43,346 nt of DNA, from assembly GCA_049579625.1 (NCBI GenBank), contig JBAUOG010000798.1:1-43346 (forward strand), in the 5' to 3' direction. The notes beneath the pieces are model-generated. The model saw only the letters and a list, made by a program, of their open reading frames with translations, searched no databases and was not told the DNA's origin. The translations under genes were made by a program, and so were the position numbers. Positions 16,218-27,144 of this stretch are shown here, piece by piece; position 1 is the stretch's first letter, and each line of letters begins with the position of its first letter. This DNA comes from Bryobacteraceae bacterium (GTDB taxonomy: Bacteria > Acidobacteriota > Terriglobia > Bryobacterales > Bryobacteraceae).

Positions 16218-16994
16218 CTAAGGGACGATAGTCTTGCCGGCATCGCCCGCCCGGCGAACGGGCCTGGAATCGTAGACTCCCTTCCAATCGAACCATCGGA
16301 TCCGCACCAGATCGGTGAACGCTTTCACGGTAGCAGCCGCGGTCACTTTCGTTCCTTCCGCGTTCGCCCATGCTACCGGAAGCTCGAACACCTTCACGCC
16401 CATCCGCTGAGCCAGATATAGATCCTCAACATCAAAACTGAATCCATCAAGAACTTGCCGCGAGAAGACGGCCTCTGCTGCGTCGGCGCGATATAGCTTG
16501 AAACCGCATTGAGTATCGGCGAACGGCAGGCCCGTAATGACCCTCATGACCCAGTTGAAAAAACGCCCGCCTGTCTCGCGAAACCAGGATTGGTGCTTGG
16601 CTACCAGCTTGCGATTGATTGCCCGGGAGCCGATCACCACCGCGGCGTTCTGCTCGCAGGCAGCTTTCCAGAGCCGGTCCAGTTCTTCGATGGGTGTCGA
16701 CAGGTCAGCATCGGTCATGAGCCGCCAGTAGCCCGTCGCCTTCAACATGCCATGCCGGACGGCGTATCCCTTGCCCCGATTTCCCGGATTGTTCAGCACA
16801 CGGAAGCGCGGGTCTGTTCTGCTCCACTCCTGAACCAGCCCCGCAGTACCATCAAAGGAGCCGTCATCGACTACCAGCACCTCGGCCGATTGTCCTTGGC
16901 TGGAATGATCGAGAAAAGAAGCGATACGGCCCAGAGTTTCGGGCAATCGGGCCCTTTCGTTGTAAGCCGGTACGACAATAGAGAGCGCGGGCAA
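16218..16994 (-). CDS. GT2 glycosyltransferase (dolichyl-phosphate beta-glucosyltransferase-like)
   Basis: SIVVPAYNE, VVDDGS.D.T, NRGKGYAVRHG, TDADLS, DTQCGFK, FSFDVE. Start uncertain: TTG 16994 chosen because the tracked start 17087 overlaps lysS. Confidence 0.9.
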   Translation of the reverse strand: MPALSIVVPAYNERARLPETLGRIASFLDHSSQGQSAEVLVVDDGSFDGTAGLVQEWSRTDPRFRVLNNPGNRGKGYAVRHGMLKATGYWRLMTDADLSTPIEELDRLWKAACEQNAAVVIGSRAINRKLVAKHQSWFRETGGRFFNWVMRVITGLPFADTQCGFKLYRADAAEAVFSRQVLDGFSFDVEDLYLAQRMGVKVFELPVAWANAEGTKVTAAATVKAFTDLVRIRWFDWKGVYDSRPVRRAGDAGKTIVP

Positions 16995-17080
16995 ATCACA
17001 GTGTACTCGCTCGCGGTATTCGATAGCGTGCGGACCACGTCCAACTGGATTTTGAAGTTGCAGTTTTAGGGAGTTTCTCA

Positions 17081-18583
17081 TTGGCATTAGAAGATGACTT
17101 GCTGAGTCAACGCGCAGATCGTGCTTCTCAGATTGAAAAGCTCGGGTTCCGCCCGTATGGTCAGGCGTTCGACTTCACGCACACGATTCCGCAGGTGCGC
17201 GAGGAGTATGGCGACAAGTCGGCCGAAGATCTGGCCGCACCAGTGAACGTTCGCGTAGCGGGCCGCATTATCACCCTGAGGAGAATGGGCAAGGCTGGCT
17301 TTGCACACCTCCAGCAGAATGGCCAGCGTTTGCAGGTTTACATCAAAAAGGACGCGTTGAGCGAGCGCGACTTCGAACTTTACCAGTCGCTCGATCTGGG
17401 CGACATCATCGGCGTTGAAGGATACTTGTTCCGCACTCGCGCCGGTGAGTTAAGCGTCCATGTCGAGAAGCTTTTCTTCCTTTCCAAAATCCTGCTCTCA
17501 CTGCCTGAGAAGTGGCACGGCCTTGAAGATGTAGAGACCCGCTACCGGCAGCGCTACCTGGATCTCATCGCAAATCCTGACGTGCGGAAGGTGTTCGTGA
17601 CGCGAGCCAGGATCATCGGCGCGTTGCGGCGCGAGCTCGAGACACGCGGGTTTGTCGAAGTCGAGACGCCGATGATGCAACCTCTCTATGGCGGCGCGGC
17701 GGCGAAGCCGTTCATCACCCATCACAATACGCTCGACCTGGATCTCTATTTGCGGATCGCACCCGAGTTGTATTTGAAGCGCCTGGTTGTCGGCGGCCTC
17801 GAACGCGTTTATGAGATCAACCGCAACTTTCGGAACGAAGGCATCTCGACCCATCACAATCCGGAATTCACGATGCTCGAGTTCTACCAGGCCTATACAG
17901 ACTACCGAGGGTTGATGGATCTCTCCTGTGAACTCCTGCGTGCCGCCGCGATCGAAGCTACCGGATCGCCGGTCGTAACTTACCAGGGACGCCAGCTGGA
18001 CTTTTCCATCATTCGCCGCTTCAGCATGAGAGAGGCTGTGGTCGAGTTCTGGCCGCAGGATCCCAAGCCCACGCTGGCGCAAGTCTCCGATCCTGCCTGG
18101 CTCAAGGGCCAATCACGCCGGGATACACCTGGTGAAGCGTTGGTGGAGTTGTTCGAAAAGCATGTGGAAGCGCAGCTCTTCGAGCCCACCATCATCTATG
18201 ACTATCCGGTGGAGAACTCGCCTCTTTCCAAACAGAAGCCCGACGACCCCTTGTTTGTTGAGCGATTCGAAATTTACGCGGCGTGCATGGAAATCGGTAA
18301 TGCCTACACCGAGCTCAACGATCCGCAGGAACAGCGCAAGCGGTTTGAGATGCAACTCGCACAAAAAGAGGGCGGTAATGAAGAAGCGCATGTGATGGAT
18401 GAAGACTACGTCCGCGCGCTTTGCTACGGCATGCCGCCCACCGGCGGTGAAGGCATCGGCATCGACCGCCTGACGATGATACTCACTGATTCGCGTTCGA
18501 TCCGTGATGTTATTCTCTTTCCGTTGTTGCGGCCGGAGGGCGAAATCGGCATTGCCGGCAAACTGCGGGGCCTCACTGACTAA
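17081..18583 (+). CDS. lysS: Lysine--tRNA ligase (class II)
   Basis: [71 protein letters not shown] start with GGAG RBS. Confidence 0.98.
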   Translation: MALEDDLLSQRADRASQIEKLGFRPYGQAFDFTHTIPQVREEYGDKSAEDLAAPVNVRVAGRIITLRRMGKAGFAHLQQNGQRLQVYIKKDALSERDFELYQSLDLGDIIGVEGYLFRTRAGELSVHVEKLFFLSKILLSLPEKWHGLEDVETRYRQRYLDLIANPDVRKVFVTRARIIGALRRELETRGFVEVETPMMQPLYGGAAAKPFITHHNTLDLDLYLRIAPELYLKRLVVGGLERVYEINRNFRNEGISTHHNPEFTMLEFYQAYTDYRGLMDLSCELLRAAAIEATGSPVVTYQGRQLDFSIIRRFSMREAVVEFWPQDPKPTLAQVSDPAWLKGQSRRDTPGEALVELFEKHVEAQLFEPTIIYDYPVENSPLSKQKPDDPLFVERFEIYAACMEIGNAYTELNDPQEQRKRFEMQLAQKEGGNEEAHVMDEDYVRALCYGMPPTGGEGIGIDRLTMILTDSRSIRDVILFPLLRPEGEIGIAGKLRGLTD

Positions 18584-19816
18584 ATGAATCGCTTCGAATG
18601 GCTGATCGCGTTTCGGTATCTCAGTGCTAAGCGCCGGCAGACCGTCATTTCAGTGATTACCGTTATCTCGGTACTCGGCATTGCCGCGGGCGTGGCTGCG
18701 TTGATCGTGGCGCTTGCCATCAACAACGGGTTTCGAAACACGCTGCAAAGCAGCCTGCTCAGTGCAACGGCGCACGTCAACGTCCTGGAACGCGAACCAC
18801 TCTACGGCATCGAAAACTGGAAGCAGTTGGTGCCGCGGCTCAGCCGTATCCCACACGTTGTGTCGGTCACGCCGGGCTTGTACGGCCAGGTAGCGATCAA
18901 AGGGCCTCAACTTGGCTCCGGGGCAGTTTTGAAAGGGATTCCCACTGGACCGGGGTCGAACTCATCGGAGCTGTTGAAACACCTCAAGCAAGGTTCCGTC
19001 GCAGGCCTCGTTCCGGGCTCGCGCCCGCCGGGGATCATACTTGGATCGAAGCTCGCTCAGCAAACGGGCTTGATGCTGAACAGCCCGGTGACCGTCATCA
19101 GCTATCAAGGTAAGCTGACGCCCATGGGTCCAATGCCCAGCGCGTTTCGCTTTAAGGTCGTCGGCATTTTTGAATCGGGCCTCTACGACCTGGATTCGAC
19201 CTGGGCCCTGTGCTCCCTGGCCGATGCCCAGCGCGTGCTCGATTTGAACGACACGGTCAATACCATTGAATTGAGACTCGATGACCTGTTCGCCGCGCCC
19301 GCCGTGGCACAAGCCGCGGAGGCTCTCACCGGGCGGAGACTGCTGGCCTCTACCTGGATGGAACAAAACCGATCTTTACTGAACGCGCTGCGGCTTGAAA
19401 AAACCGTCAGCCTAATCACCGTGGGGCTGATTGAACTGGTTGCGGCACTCAACATCCTCGTCGTGCTGGTGATGCTGGTGATGGAAAAGACTCGCGACGT
19501 GGCCATCCTGATGTCCATGGGCGCGCGCCACCGCCAGATCCGGCGCATTTTCGTTTTGCAGGGCTTGATCATCGGCGGCCTGGGCTGCGTGATCGGGCTT
19601 GCGGTCGGATACTCCGCGTGCGCCTTGCTCGATCACTTCCGCTGGCTTCGGTTGGACGAAGAGGTTTATGCCATCAGTTACGTTCCATTCCAGAGCCGCT
19701 GGATCGATGGCATCTGGGTGGCGGCTGGGGCAATTCTAGTCAGTCTGCTGGCCACGCTTCATCCCGCGGGAACAGCCGCGCGAATCATGCCGGCCGAGGC
19801 TCTTCGCTATGAGTGA
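18584..19816 (+). CDS. Lipoprotein-releasing ABC transporter permease LolC/E-like
   Basis: IAFRYL.AKRR, GIAAGVAALIVALAINNGF, EKTRDVAILMSMGA, PAEALRYE; directly follows lysS. Confidence 0.88.
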   Translation: MNRFEWLIAFRYLSAKRRQTVISVITVISVLGIAAGVAALIVALAINNGFRNTLQSSLLSATAHVNVLEREPLYGIENWKQLVPRLSRIPHVVSVTPGLYGQVAIKGPQLGSGAVLKGIPTGPGSNSSELLKHLKQGSVAGLVPGSRPPGIILGSKLAQQTGLMLNSPVTVISYQGKLTPMGPMPSAFRFKVVGIFESGLYDLDSTWALCSLADAQRVLDLNDTVNTIELRLDDLFAAPAVAQAAEALTGRRLLASTWMEQNRSLLNALRLEKTVSLITVGLIELVAALNILVVLVMLVMEKTRDVAILMSMGARHRQIRRIFVLQGLIIGGLGCVIGLAVGYSACALLDHFRWLRLDEEVYAISYVPFQSRWIDGIWVAAGAILVSLLATLHPAGTAARIMPAEALRYE

Positions 19817-19855
19817 AGGACCGTTGCGGTTTTGCGGTTTGGGTCCCCACCGTCG

Positions 19856-20971
19856 ATGAACGTCGTTATCGACGCCACGGCACTCCTCATGCGTAGCGCC
19901 GGGGTGAAGACATACATCTGGCATTGGCTCCGATCCCTGCAGAATCTGCCTGGAACGAACCGCTTTACCGGCTTCCCTTTTCTTACCGACTTGCCGGCTC
20001 TTCGGCATGACCGTTCCATCCTCTCTACGCTGGCGACGCTTCCACGTTTCCTTACTTCACGAGTCGCTGACCGGGTCCAGCCCATTCTCGAAGCCTGCAT
20101 TCGAGACGCGGATGTGTTCCATGCATCGAATGCGGAGCATTACCGGCCGCGCAGGGCCCGCCTGACCGCAACCATCCACGACCTTACCTCGTTGAAATTT
20201 CCTGAGGCGCACACGCCACTCAATCTGAGGATCGATCGCCGGTTCTTCACCCACACCGTTCCTGCGGCCGATAAGCTCATTGCCGTTTCGGAAAGTACTC
20301 GGCGTGATGCGATCGAGATGCTCGGCCTATCGCCCCACCGCATCGTAACCATTCACTCCGGCGTGGCGCCTGAATACTTCGAGGCCGGCCCCGATCAAGC
20401 CCGCCACGCTGCCGCCCAGCTCCGACTCGACCATCCCTACGTGCTTTGCGTGGGCACGATTGAGCCTCGAAAGAACATCGGCCGGCTACTCGATGCGTGG
20501 CGTGGCTTGCCTGAAGACGTGTGCGCGAGCTTTGACCTCGTCATCGCCGGGCCCGTTGGCTGGGCAGCCCAGGAAACCGCTTCTCGTCTCCGCGAACCGC
20601 GAACCGGGATTCGCTATCTCGGTTATGTCGCCGAGCAATGGATGCCCGGCCTGACTGCCGGCGCCAGTTGCCTGGCGTATCCATCGCTCTACGAAGGGTT
20701 CGGCTTTCCAGTAGTACAGGCGCTCGCCGCGGGCGTCCCTGTCGTCACATCCAAGACCTCGAGTCTCCCGGAAGTGGCTGGTCCCGCCGCGATCTTCGTC
20801 GACCCGCTTAGCGTCTCCGACATTCGCGGTGCTCTATTGGACGTCTTAACGTCGCCTAACACTGCCGCGCGGTTAAGAGCAGAGGCCCGCAAACAAGCAA
20901 GTCGCTACACCTGGGAGCGTTGTGCCGCTCAATCCTTGGCTTTCTTCGAGTCGGTTGTGGGTGCGGGTTGA
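19856..20971 (+). CDS. GT4 (GT-B) glycosyltransferase
   Basis: TIHDL, AVSEST, VGTIEPRKN, YPSLYEGFGFPVVQA, SLPEVAG. Confidence 0.92.
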   Translation: MNVVIDATALLMRSAGVKTYIWHWLRSLQNLPGTNRFTGFPFLTDLPALRHDRSILSTLATLPRFLTSRVADRVQPILEACIRDADVFHASNAEHYRPRRARLTATIHDLTSLKFPEAHTPLNLRIDRRFFTHTVPAADKLIAVSESTRRDAIEMLGLSPHRIVTIHSGVAPEYFEAGPDQARHAAAQLRLDHPYVLCVGTIEPRKNIGRLLDAWRGLPEDVCASFDLVIAGPVGWAAQETASRLREPRTGIRYLGYVAEQWMPGLTAGASCLAYPSLYEGFGFPVVQALAAGVPVVTSKTSSLPEVAGPAAIFVDPLSVSDIRGALLDVLTSPNTAARLRAEARKQASRYTWERCAAQSLAFFESVVGAG

Positions 20972-21744
20972 GTGCCGCCCGCCGCCGTGCACGAAAAATC
21001 CCAAACCCGCAGGTTCAGTTCGCCGGTGGTGTACTGTACCAGCGCGTATTCGCCCGCTCCGAGTGGCTTCGCGGGCCAGATCTTGAATAATCCTGGCTGC
21101 ATTTCACGCTGGTAAGTCTCCACTTCCTTCTGCTCTTCGAAGTTCTCCTTCGTCACCGGAACAATGCTGATGTTTTCGACGATGCGTTGGCCTTTCTTAG
21201 GCGTGAGGCGAATGATGCCGAAGTCCTCTCGCTGGTCCAGGCGAATGTAGAACTCCGGTTCCGACGAGTCCACCGTGAAGCCCGCATGCTCACCTTTGAC
21301 CAGCACGGTTGCTTTACCCGCCACGATCGGAAGGGGCGTGACCATCTGAAGGGCTTTCCGTTTGTTGCTGGTTTCCACGTGCCAATCGGCGAGTGGTACG
21401 GCTTTGATTTGTCCGCTTTCGACGAAGTAGACACCGGCATCGTCGGGAATCTGTGACAGCTCTTTTCGTTGAGCGCGGATAGCTTTCTCTTCGGCGTTCT
21501 CGAATACCGATTGTTCCTTTGCCGCCTGCTCAATCTTGGCCAGTTCTCGTTTCGTCTTCTCCAGATCCACCAGTTCTGTCGGGATCTCTTCCCAGTCGCC
21601 TCGCTCGGTGCTGAAGTAACGGACGCGGTCCTCCAAAACCTGGTATTCGCGGACCATGTGATAATCGCCGTCTTTCAGATACAGCTTGAACGTTGCGCCG
21701 AAAGCCAGCCACGCGGAAAGGACGAATAAAAGCAGTACCCTCAC
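20929..21744 (-). CDS. Secreted hypothetical protein
   Basis: Signal peptide VRVLLLFVLSAWLAFGA (GTG start), then FKLYLKDG..., a coiled coil and a beta-rich C-terminal domain. Confidence 0.7.
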   Translation of the reverse strand: MRVLLLFVLSAWLAFGATFKLYLKDGDYHMVREYQVLEDRVRYFSTERGDWEEIPTELVDLEKTKRELAKIEQAAKEQSVFENAEEKAIRAQRKELSQIPDDAGVYFVESGQIKAVPLADWHVETSNKRKALQMVTPLPIVAGKATVLVKGEHAGFTVDSSEPEFYIRLDQREDFGIIRLTPKKGQRIVENISIVPVTKENFEEQKEVETYQREMQPGLFKIWPAKPLGAGEYALVQYTTGELNLRVWDFSCTAAGGTQPAPTTDSKKAKD

Positions 21745-21884
21745 TGACCACGATTCTACTGCCAAACCAACCAGCCGGAGCGTTTGAGTGCCTACACAGT
21801 TGGCATCAGAGCTGGGATTCTCACACAGACCGTCAGAGGACGCCCCTCCACGGCTTCCGAACGCCGAGGTCTGAGCAACGTAAT

Positions 21885-22862
21885 ATGGAGCACATGAGAT
21901 ATCGAAAACTCGGCAGAACCAATCTGGAGGTTAGCGAAATCGGCTACGGCGCTTGGGGCATCGGCGGCAAGCAGTGGCTGGGCGGTGAAGACCAGGCATC
22001 GCTCGCGGCTTTGCAACGCTCGTTCGAACTGGGATTGAATCTGATTGACACGGCTCTCGCGTACGGCGACGGCCACAGCGAACAGCTTGTGGGCCATGCC
22101 ATTCGATCCGCACCGCACCAGCTCTATGTCGCGACCAAGATCCCACCGAAGAATCGCATCTGGCCGGCCAGCCCCGCGACCCCAATCTCCGACGTCTTTC
22201 CGCCCGATTACATCGTTAACTCCACCGAGGAGAGCCTCCGCAATTTGAAGATGGAACGGTTGGACCTGCAGCAGTTCCACGTCTGGACGGATGCCTGGGC
22301 CCAAACGGACGAATGGCGGCGGGCGATCGAAGATTTGAAATCGAGCGGAAAGATCCGCTTCATGGGCATCTCGATAACTGAGCATGAGCCGGACTCCGCG
22401 CTGGAAACCCTCCGGACCGGCCTGATTGATGCAGTCCAGGTGATCTACAACGTCTTTGACCAGACGCCGGAAGCTCACCTATTCCCGCTCTGCCAACAGC
22501 TCAACCTGGGCGTCCTGGCGCGAGTGCCTCTCGATGAAGGCGGATTGACGGGCGCCATCAGCGAAGAGACCAAGTTTGAACCGGGCGAATTTCGCGAGTT
22601 CTATTTCCGCGGCGATCGCAAACGGCAGGTGGTGGAACACGTTGAAGCATTGAAGAAAGATCTTGCCGGAGTGCAGGGCACGCTACCCGAAATCGCGTTG
22701 CGCTTCTGCCTCACTCACCCGGCCGTCTCCAGCGTCATTCCCGGCATGCGGCGCATCAGTACCGTGGAAAGCAGTTGCGGCGCTTCGGACCAAGGAGTGC
22801 TGTCACCCGCGGGCATGGCGATTACGAAGAAGCATGCCTGGTACCGCAGCTTCTACCAATAA
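21885..22862 (+). CDS. Aldo/keto reductase
   Basis: YRKLGRTNLEVSEIGYGAW, IDTALAYGDGHSE, VATK, DLQQFH, QVIYN. Start is 21885 or 21894. Confidence 0.92.
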   Translation: MEHMRYRKLGRTNLEVSEIGYGAWGIGGKQWLGGEDQASLAALQRSFELGLNLIDTALAYGDGHSEQLVGHAIRSAPHQLYVATKIPPKNRIWPASPATPISDVFPPDYIVNSTEESLRNLKMERLDLQQFHVWTDAWAQTDEWRRAIEDLKSSGKIRFMGISITEHEPDSALETLRTGLIDAVQVIYNVFDQTPEAHLFPLCQQLNLGVLARVPLDEGGLTGAISEETKFEPGEFREFYFRGDRKRQVVEHVEALKKDLAGVQGTLPEIALRFCLTHPAVSSVIPGMRRISTVESSCGASDQGVLSPAGMAITKKHAWYRSFYQ

Positions 22863-22930
22863 GAGAAGAAAACCAAGCGGCCTCGAGCGAAATGGCCCAA
22901 CCGGCCGGGACGCGAGAACTGCCTCCTGAA

Positions 22931-22986
22931 GGGGGACCGGACCGGCATCGGGGGTGTGAAGACCCCGGAGGTCAGGGCCGTCCCCT
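22931..22986. other. Long imperfect GC-rich hairpin between convergent genes
   Basis: gggga...tcgggggt-gtgaag-accccgga...tcccc. Confidence 0.35.
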
Positions 22987-23134
22987 CCCTTAACAACTTC
23001 CCGCCTTGATCGTGAATCGTTCGCCAAAGGCCACACGATACCTGCGCACTCTCGGCAACTGACTGCCTACCAGCACAGATCTCAGATGAGCGCCGGAGTG
23101 CACAACGAAGGAATGATGAACCGAGCGATTCCCC

Positions 23135-24703
23135 TTACTTGCTGAACGTGATGGTGCTATCAGTCCCGAACTTGTGATAGTTGCGGAAGTCGATGACGTT
23201 GCGGGAGCAGTACGGCGTGCCACGCTCACAAGCAAGGTTTTCCGAATGTACCGGGAGCAGGAAACTGTCGCCGGTCAGACGCACCATGTCGTATTCGACC
23301 ACGGTTTCGACCTTGTCTAGTGGGAACGTCTTGGGGATCTGGTCGGCTTGCATCTCGATGCGCAAAACATGACCTGAAGCCTTCTCAATCCAGACGCTGC
23401 CGCTGTAGGCAGGCGTGATACTCTGTGCGCCTTGGGCAATCTCCCAGCCTGAGTTCATCTGAGCAACTTTGAAGTCGTAGACAATCGCTTCCTTGCCGCT
23501 GGTTCGGGCAGGGCCGGACGCTTTGAAGCGGGTGCGAGTCCCCTCGTAGAACAGGCTGCGGAGAGTCGTGCCATATTCTCCGGTAGATCGCGATCCGGGG
23601 ATATCCATCATCCCCTTGTTGACCGGTTTGCCATTAATCGCAATCTTGCGATAGTCCTCGTGCCCGTTCTCGTAAACCACTTCGGCTGAAACCAAGTCCA
23701 GGGCCTGCCAGCCGGTTGCCTTCGATTCCAGTTGATAGCGGGTGGTCACCTGCTGGCAAACGTAGTTCGGCAGGCTGGTGGAGAAAGTGGCGATCCATTC
23801 GCGAGCTTTTTGGATGAGCCCATACTTGTCGTCATCCGGAGGAGGCGGTGGCGGGAGCCGCTCCGCATTTTCGTCCTGCTGCCTTGGCTTGGTCGCGTCG
23901 GCGCCTTTCTCGAAGGTCAGTCCGTCGTCAGATGAGGCGATGGGTGTGTCGTCCGTTTCCTCCGCCTGGCCGGGTTTCGCGCCGCGGGTCAGGTGCGGGC
24001 GCCCACTCGGCTCGGGCGGAGCGACCTGCGTCATCGGTTGGCTCGGCCGGCTGGCATCCTCGTCCTCCGCTTTGCGGGGCTCCAGGGGAGGTGCCTGCTC
24101 GCCGGTGGGGTTCGACATGGTTGGCTCGGTAGCCTTCTCCAACGTGACGATTTTGGCGACAAGGTTGTCGTTACTATCAGGCGACGCTACAAAGGAAACC
24201 AGCGAGCCGCTCTCAATGTCGGTCAGTTTGATGGCCTGTGCGGGCGCCGGCTTCGAGGTGGTGGTGCCCGAAGAAGCGCTGCCCTTGGTGCTGGACGGAT
24301 CCGTGCTGGAATCCGACGGAGCGGCCTTCACGAACTTGGTCTTGTCATCCAGGACCAGAGTGAATCTTCGGGAGTCGCCGGTGACCAGGACCATCGACTT
24401 CTGGTCGATCTTGATGACGGTCCCCTCTGCCCTGACTGCGTTGGGGTCGTTCTGAACCTGGTCGTCGGTGGTGGTTTTCTTCTTCTTGCCCGGAAGGTGG
24501 GGAATAGGCAGGCCCGTGCCTTGGCCATTTGGATACTGACCGTTCGGGTACTGGCCCGGGGGATACTGGCCCGGTGGGTATTGGCCTGGATACTGGGCTG
24601 AGAGCGGGAGGCTCAAGCAAAGCCAGAACAAAGGAAGACCAAGGCTGAGTGCTCCTCGGAGAGTCAGGCTTCGTCGCAATTCTTGCGGGCAAAGGTCAGG
24701 CAT
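23135..24703 (-). CDS. Secreted hypothetical protein with QYPG repeats
   Basis: Signal-like ..LFWLCLSLPLSAQ, QYPGQYPPGQYPPGQYPNGQYPNG repeats, an OB-like domain, a low-complexity linker, and a globular C-terminal domain (LPNYVCQQ..STGEYG..NVIDFRNYHKF). Confidence 0.75.
   Translation of the reverse strand: MPDLCPQELRRSLTLRGALSLGLPLFWLCLSLPLSAQYPGQYPPGQYPPGQYPNGQYPNGQGTGLPIPHLPGKKKKTTTDDQVQNDPNAVRAEGTVIKIDQKSMVLVTGDSRRFTLVLDDKTKFVKAAPSDSSTDPSSTKGSASSGTTTSKPAPAQAIKLTDIESGSLVSFVASPDSNDNLVAKIVTLEKATEPTMSNPTGEQAPPLEPRKAEDEDASRPSQPMTQVAPPEPSGRPHLTRGAKPGQAEETDDTPIASSDDGLTFEKGADATKPRQQDENAERLPPPPPPDDDKYGLIQKAREWIATFSTSLPNYVCQQVTTRYQLESKATGWQALDLVSAEVVYENGHEDYRKIAINGKPVNKGMMDIPGSRSTGEYGTTLRSLFYEGTRTRFKASGPARTSGKEAIVYDFKVAQMNSGWEIAQGAQSITPAYSGSVWIEKASGHVLRIEMQADQIPKTFPLDKVETVVEYDMVRLTGDSFLLPVHSENLACERGTPYCSRNVIDFRNYHKFGTDSTITFSK
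24527..24595 (-). repeat. Coding tandem repeat of (G)QYP(P/N)
   Basis: About five 12-15 nt units encoding QYPG/QYPPG/QYPNG. Confidence 0.7.
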
Positions 24704-24795
24704 AAGTCCCCCAACTTCTATTGTGACGCCAGTGGGGCGCGGCGTGGTTGCACGAAAGTGCAAGGGCGGGTCCGCTCCCCACGCTGAATGCCACC

Positions 24796-27141
24796 TTACG
24801 TCTTCATCCGGGCCATGAAGTACAGCCCGGCCAAGGCAAATATGACGTCGGGAGACCACGCCGCCATGGCCGGTGGCAACTGGTTCAGGTTGCCGATCTG
24901 CTCAAACAGAGTTCCCACCGTGAAGTACGCGATGGTGATGCCGAAACTAATGCCTACGCCCGTCATCGCCCCGCGGCTGCCGGCGATGAAGGCGAACGGA
25001 ATACTCAGCACCGCCATGATCAGCGCAAACAGCGGCACCGCGAACTTCTTGTGATACTGCACTTGCAGGCGAATGGTGTCGAGGCCGCTGGCTTTCAGTT
25101 CCCGGATGTAGCGCCCAAGCTCCCGGAAGTCCATCTCCTTGTACTGCTTCTCTTCCTTAACGAACCAGGACGGTGGCTCTACCAGTTCCTTGAAAGAGGA
25201 CTCCTCGAACAGCGAGGGCTTTTCGTTATCGGAGCGGTCCGTGACATTGCTCAGACCCTTAACGAAGATCCAGGTCTTTAAGCTGGGCACCCAAACCGCC
25301 CGGTCGGCCGATATCTGGTGAACCACGCGGAAGTTCGCCGTGTCAAGCTCATAGACATTCACCTTGGACATGATCGCTTCGCGCGGATCCAGATAGCGGT
25401 AGTTGTAGATCCGCGGTCCCATTCCATACACCCACTGCCGGTCGGGGCGGAGGTAGGTCTGAATGGGCTTCTTCTTGATCTCGCTGCGCAGCGCCTCCTG
25501 GCGTCGGTTTGCTCCCGGGATGTAGTAATGATCGAACGTGAACAGGAGAATGCTGATGACGGCCGCCGCAAACAGCACCGGCAGCGCCAAGCGGTGGACG
25601 CTGATTCCGCCGGCTTTGAACGCCGTCACTTCGTTGTTCTTGGTCAGCACTCCGAAACAGATCAACGATGCCACCACCACACTAATCGGCGTCTCGTCGT
25701 AAATCAGCTTTGGCGCCAGATTGTACAAGTAGTCCAGCATCTTGGACATCGCAATCTGGTTCTTGATCATGTCGCTGACCAGCTCAAAGAACGTGAACAC
25801 TTCCGTCAAAAGCACCAGCGCGGCCAAGGTACCCACGAAGTAGAAAATGAAGCCGTTCAGTACGTAGGCGTCGATCAACATCGGCCGCAGCCCGAATCGC
25901 CGGAGGGACTCAATCGAAAGCCCTACTCTGCCGGCGTGTCCATGGAGGCCCCAGCGCTTGCTCACGGCCGTGAAGAGCGAACGAAGCCAGCCGATCACAT
26001 CCCGATCGCCGGGGCGCTCTAGCTGTGTCAACAGAATAAGGCCGGTCAGGGCGAATGCCACGTCCGGGGTCCACACCGCGACCGGCACGCTGAGGCTGCC
26101 CTTCTTCGCTAGGCCGATCAAACTGATCAGGCTGGTGTAGTAGCAGAACGCCAGCAGCACGGTCATCACAAACGCGGTGGACTTGCCGCCCTTGCGCGAT
26201 GAGACGCCCAGCGGAATGCCAACCATCGCCAGCAGCATGCAGGCGAATGGGATAGCGAACCGTTTGTGCAGCTCGATAGCCGCCTCCACCCACTCGTCCT
26301 GCGTGAGCTTGCCGCGATCCCGATAGACCCTCTTATAGAGTGGCCCGGTGTCGATCTCCGTTACTTCGTGATTCAGGTGCAACTCGCTGGGCTTCTGGGC
26401 CTGCAGTGCCACCACGCCAACCGGTGTCGCTTCAGAAATGACCTTGCCGTCTTTGTCGCGGTAGATGGTCCGAACATTCTTCATGTTCAGCTGGATGCGG
26501 TTATGCTCCGGATCCGCCGTCGCGATCGCTTCGGCGGCCACCGTGATCTTCGGCCCCTCGCCGCGGTCTTTGTGCTGCGCCTCGAGGTCTTCCGGCGTGG
26601 TGACGTCGGCGATCAGCACACGATGCCAAACTACCTGCAAGCCCGTCACGACCTCATCCACGTAAAGCACAGTATTAGGGAACTGCTCCTCAAATATGCG
26701 GGGCTGGATCTCGGTCGTCAGCTGGGCTGCTGCCAAATCCTTCGCCATGTCCGAGGTCAGCTTCAGCGTGAGCGGCGTAATCCACAACGTTGCCATGGCC
26801 GTAGCAATCAGACCCAGAAAGGAGAACAAAAGAACCGGCCGCGACACAGTGACGCTTGGCACGCCGGCGGCCCGCATGGCGATGATCTCACCGTCGGCCG
26901 ACATGCGGCTGAGCGCAATCAGTACGCCTACCAGCACGCCCAGCGGCAGACTGAACGGAATGGTCGACGGGATGGCGAAGATGAACAGCTTCGCGACAAC
27001 CAGCGGCGTCGCGGAACTGCGTACCAACAAGGCGAACAAGCGGTCGAGGTTATGCAGGAACAACACGAACGTAAACAGCACGGTTCCCAGCGCGGCACTC
27101 CCGATGATCTCGCGAAAGATGACGCGGCTGAGAATGCGCAT
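24796..27141 (-). CDS. Fused LptF-LptG LPS export permease (double YjgP/YjgQ domain)
   Basis: Two consecutive YjgP/Q modules: SRMSADGEIIAMRAAG..ELHKRFAIPFAC and KNNEVTAFKAGGIS..YHKKFAVPLF; 781 aa. Confidence 0.92.
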   Translation of the reverse strand: MRILSRVIFREIIGSAALGTVLFTFVLFLHNLDRLFALLVRSSATPLVVAKLFIFAIPSTIPFSLPLGVLVGVLIALSRMSADGEIIAMRAAGVPSVTVSRPVLLFSFLGLIATAMATLWITPLTLKLTSDMAKDLAAAQLTTEIQPRIFEEQFPNTVLYVDEVVTGLQVVWHRVLIADVTTPEDLEAQHKDRGEGPKITVAAEAIATADPEHNRIQLNMKNVRTIYRDKDGKVISEATPVGVVALQAQKPSELHLNHEVTEIDTGPLYKRVYRDRGKLTQDEWVEAAIELHKRFAIPFACMLLAMVGIPLGVSSRKGGKSTAFVMTVLLAFCYYTSLISLIGLAKKGSLSVPVAVWTPDVAFALTGLILLTQLERPGDRDVIGWLRSLFTAVSKRWGLHGHAGRVGLSIESLRRFGLRPMLIDAYVLNGFIFYFVGTLAALVLLTEVFTFFELVSDMIKNQIAMSKMLDYLYNLAPKLIYDETPISVVVASLICFGVLTKNNEVTAFKAGGISVHRLALPVLFAAAVISILLFTFDHYYIPGANRRQEALRSEIKKKPIQTYLRPDRQWVYGMGPRIYNYRYLDPREAIMSKVNVYELDTANFRVVHQISADRAVWVPSLKTWIFVKGLSNVTDRSDNEKPSLFEESSFKELVEPPSWFVKEEKQYKEMDFRELGRYIRELKASGLDTIRLQVQYHKKFAVPLFALIMAVLSIPFAFIAGSRGAMTGVGISFGITIAYFTVGTLFEQIGNLNQLPPAMAAWSPDVIFALAGLYFMARMKT

Positions 27142-27144
27142 GAT

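Noticed and set aside
22990..23235. 81-aa minus-strand ORF
   Set aside because: Overlaps the real upstream gene out of frame, with no RBS or recognisable motif.
24527..24595. Possible CRISPR-like repeat
   Set aside because: Short in-frame coding repeats without unique spacers; no cas genes in the window.
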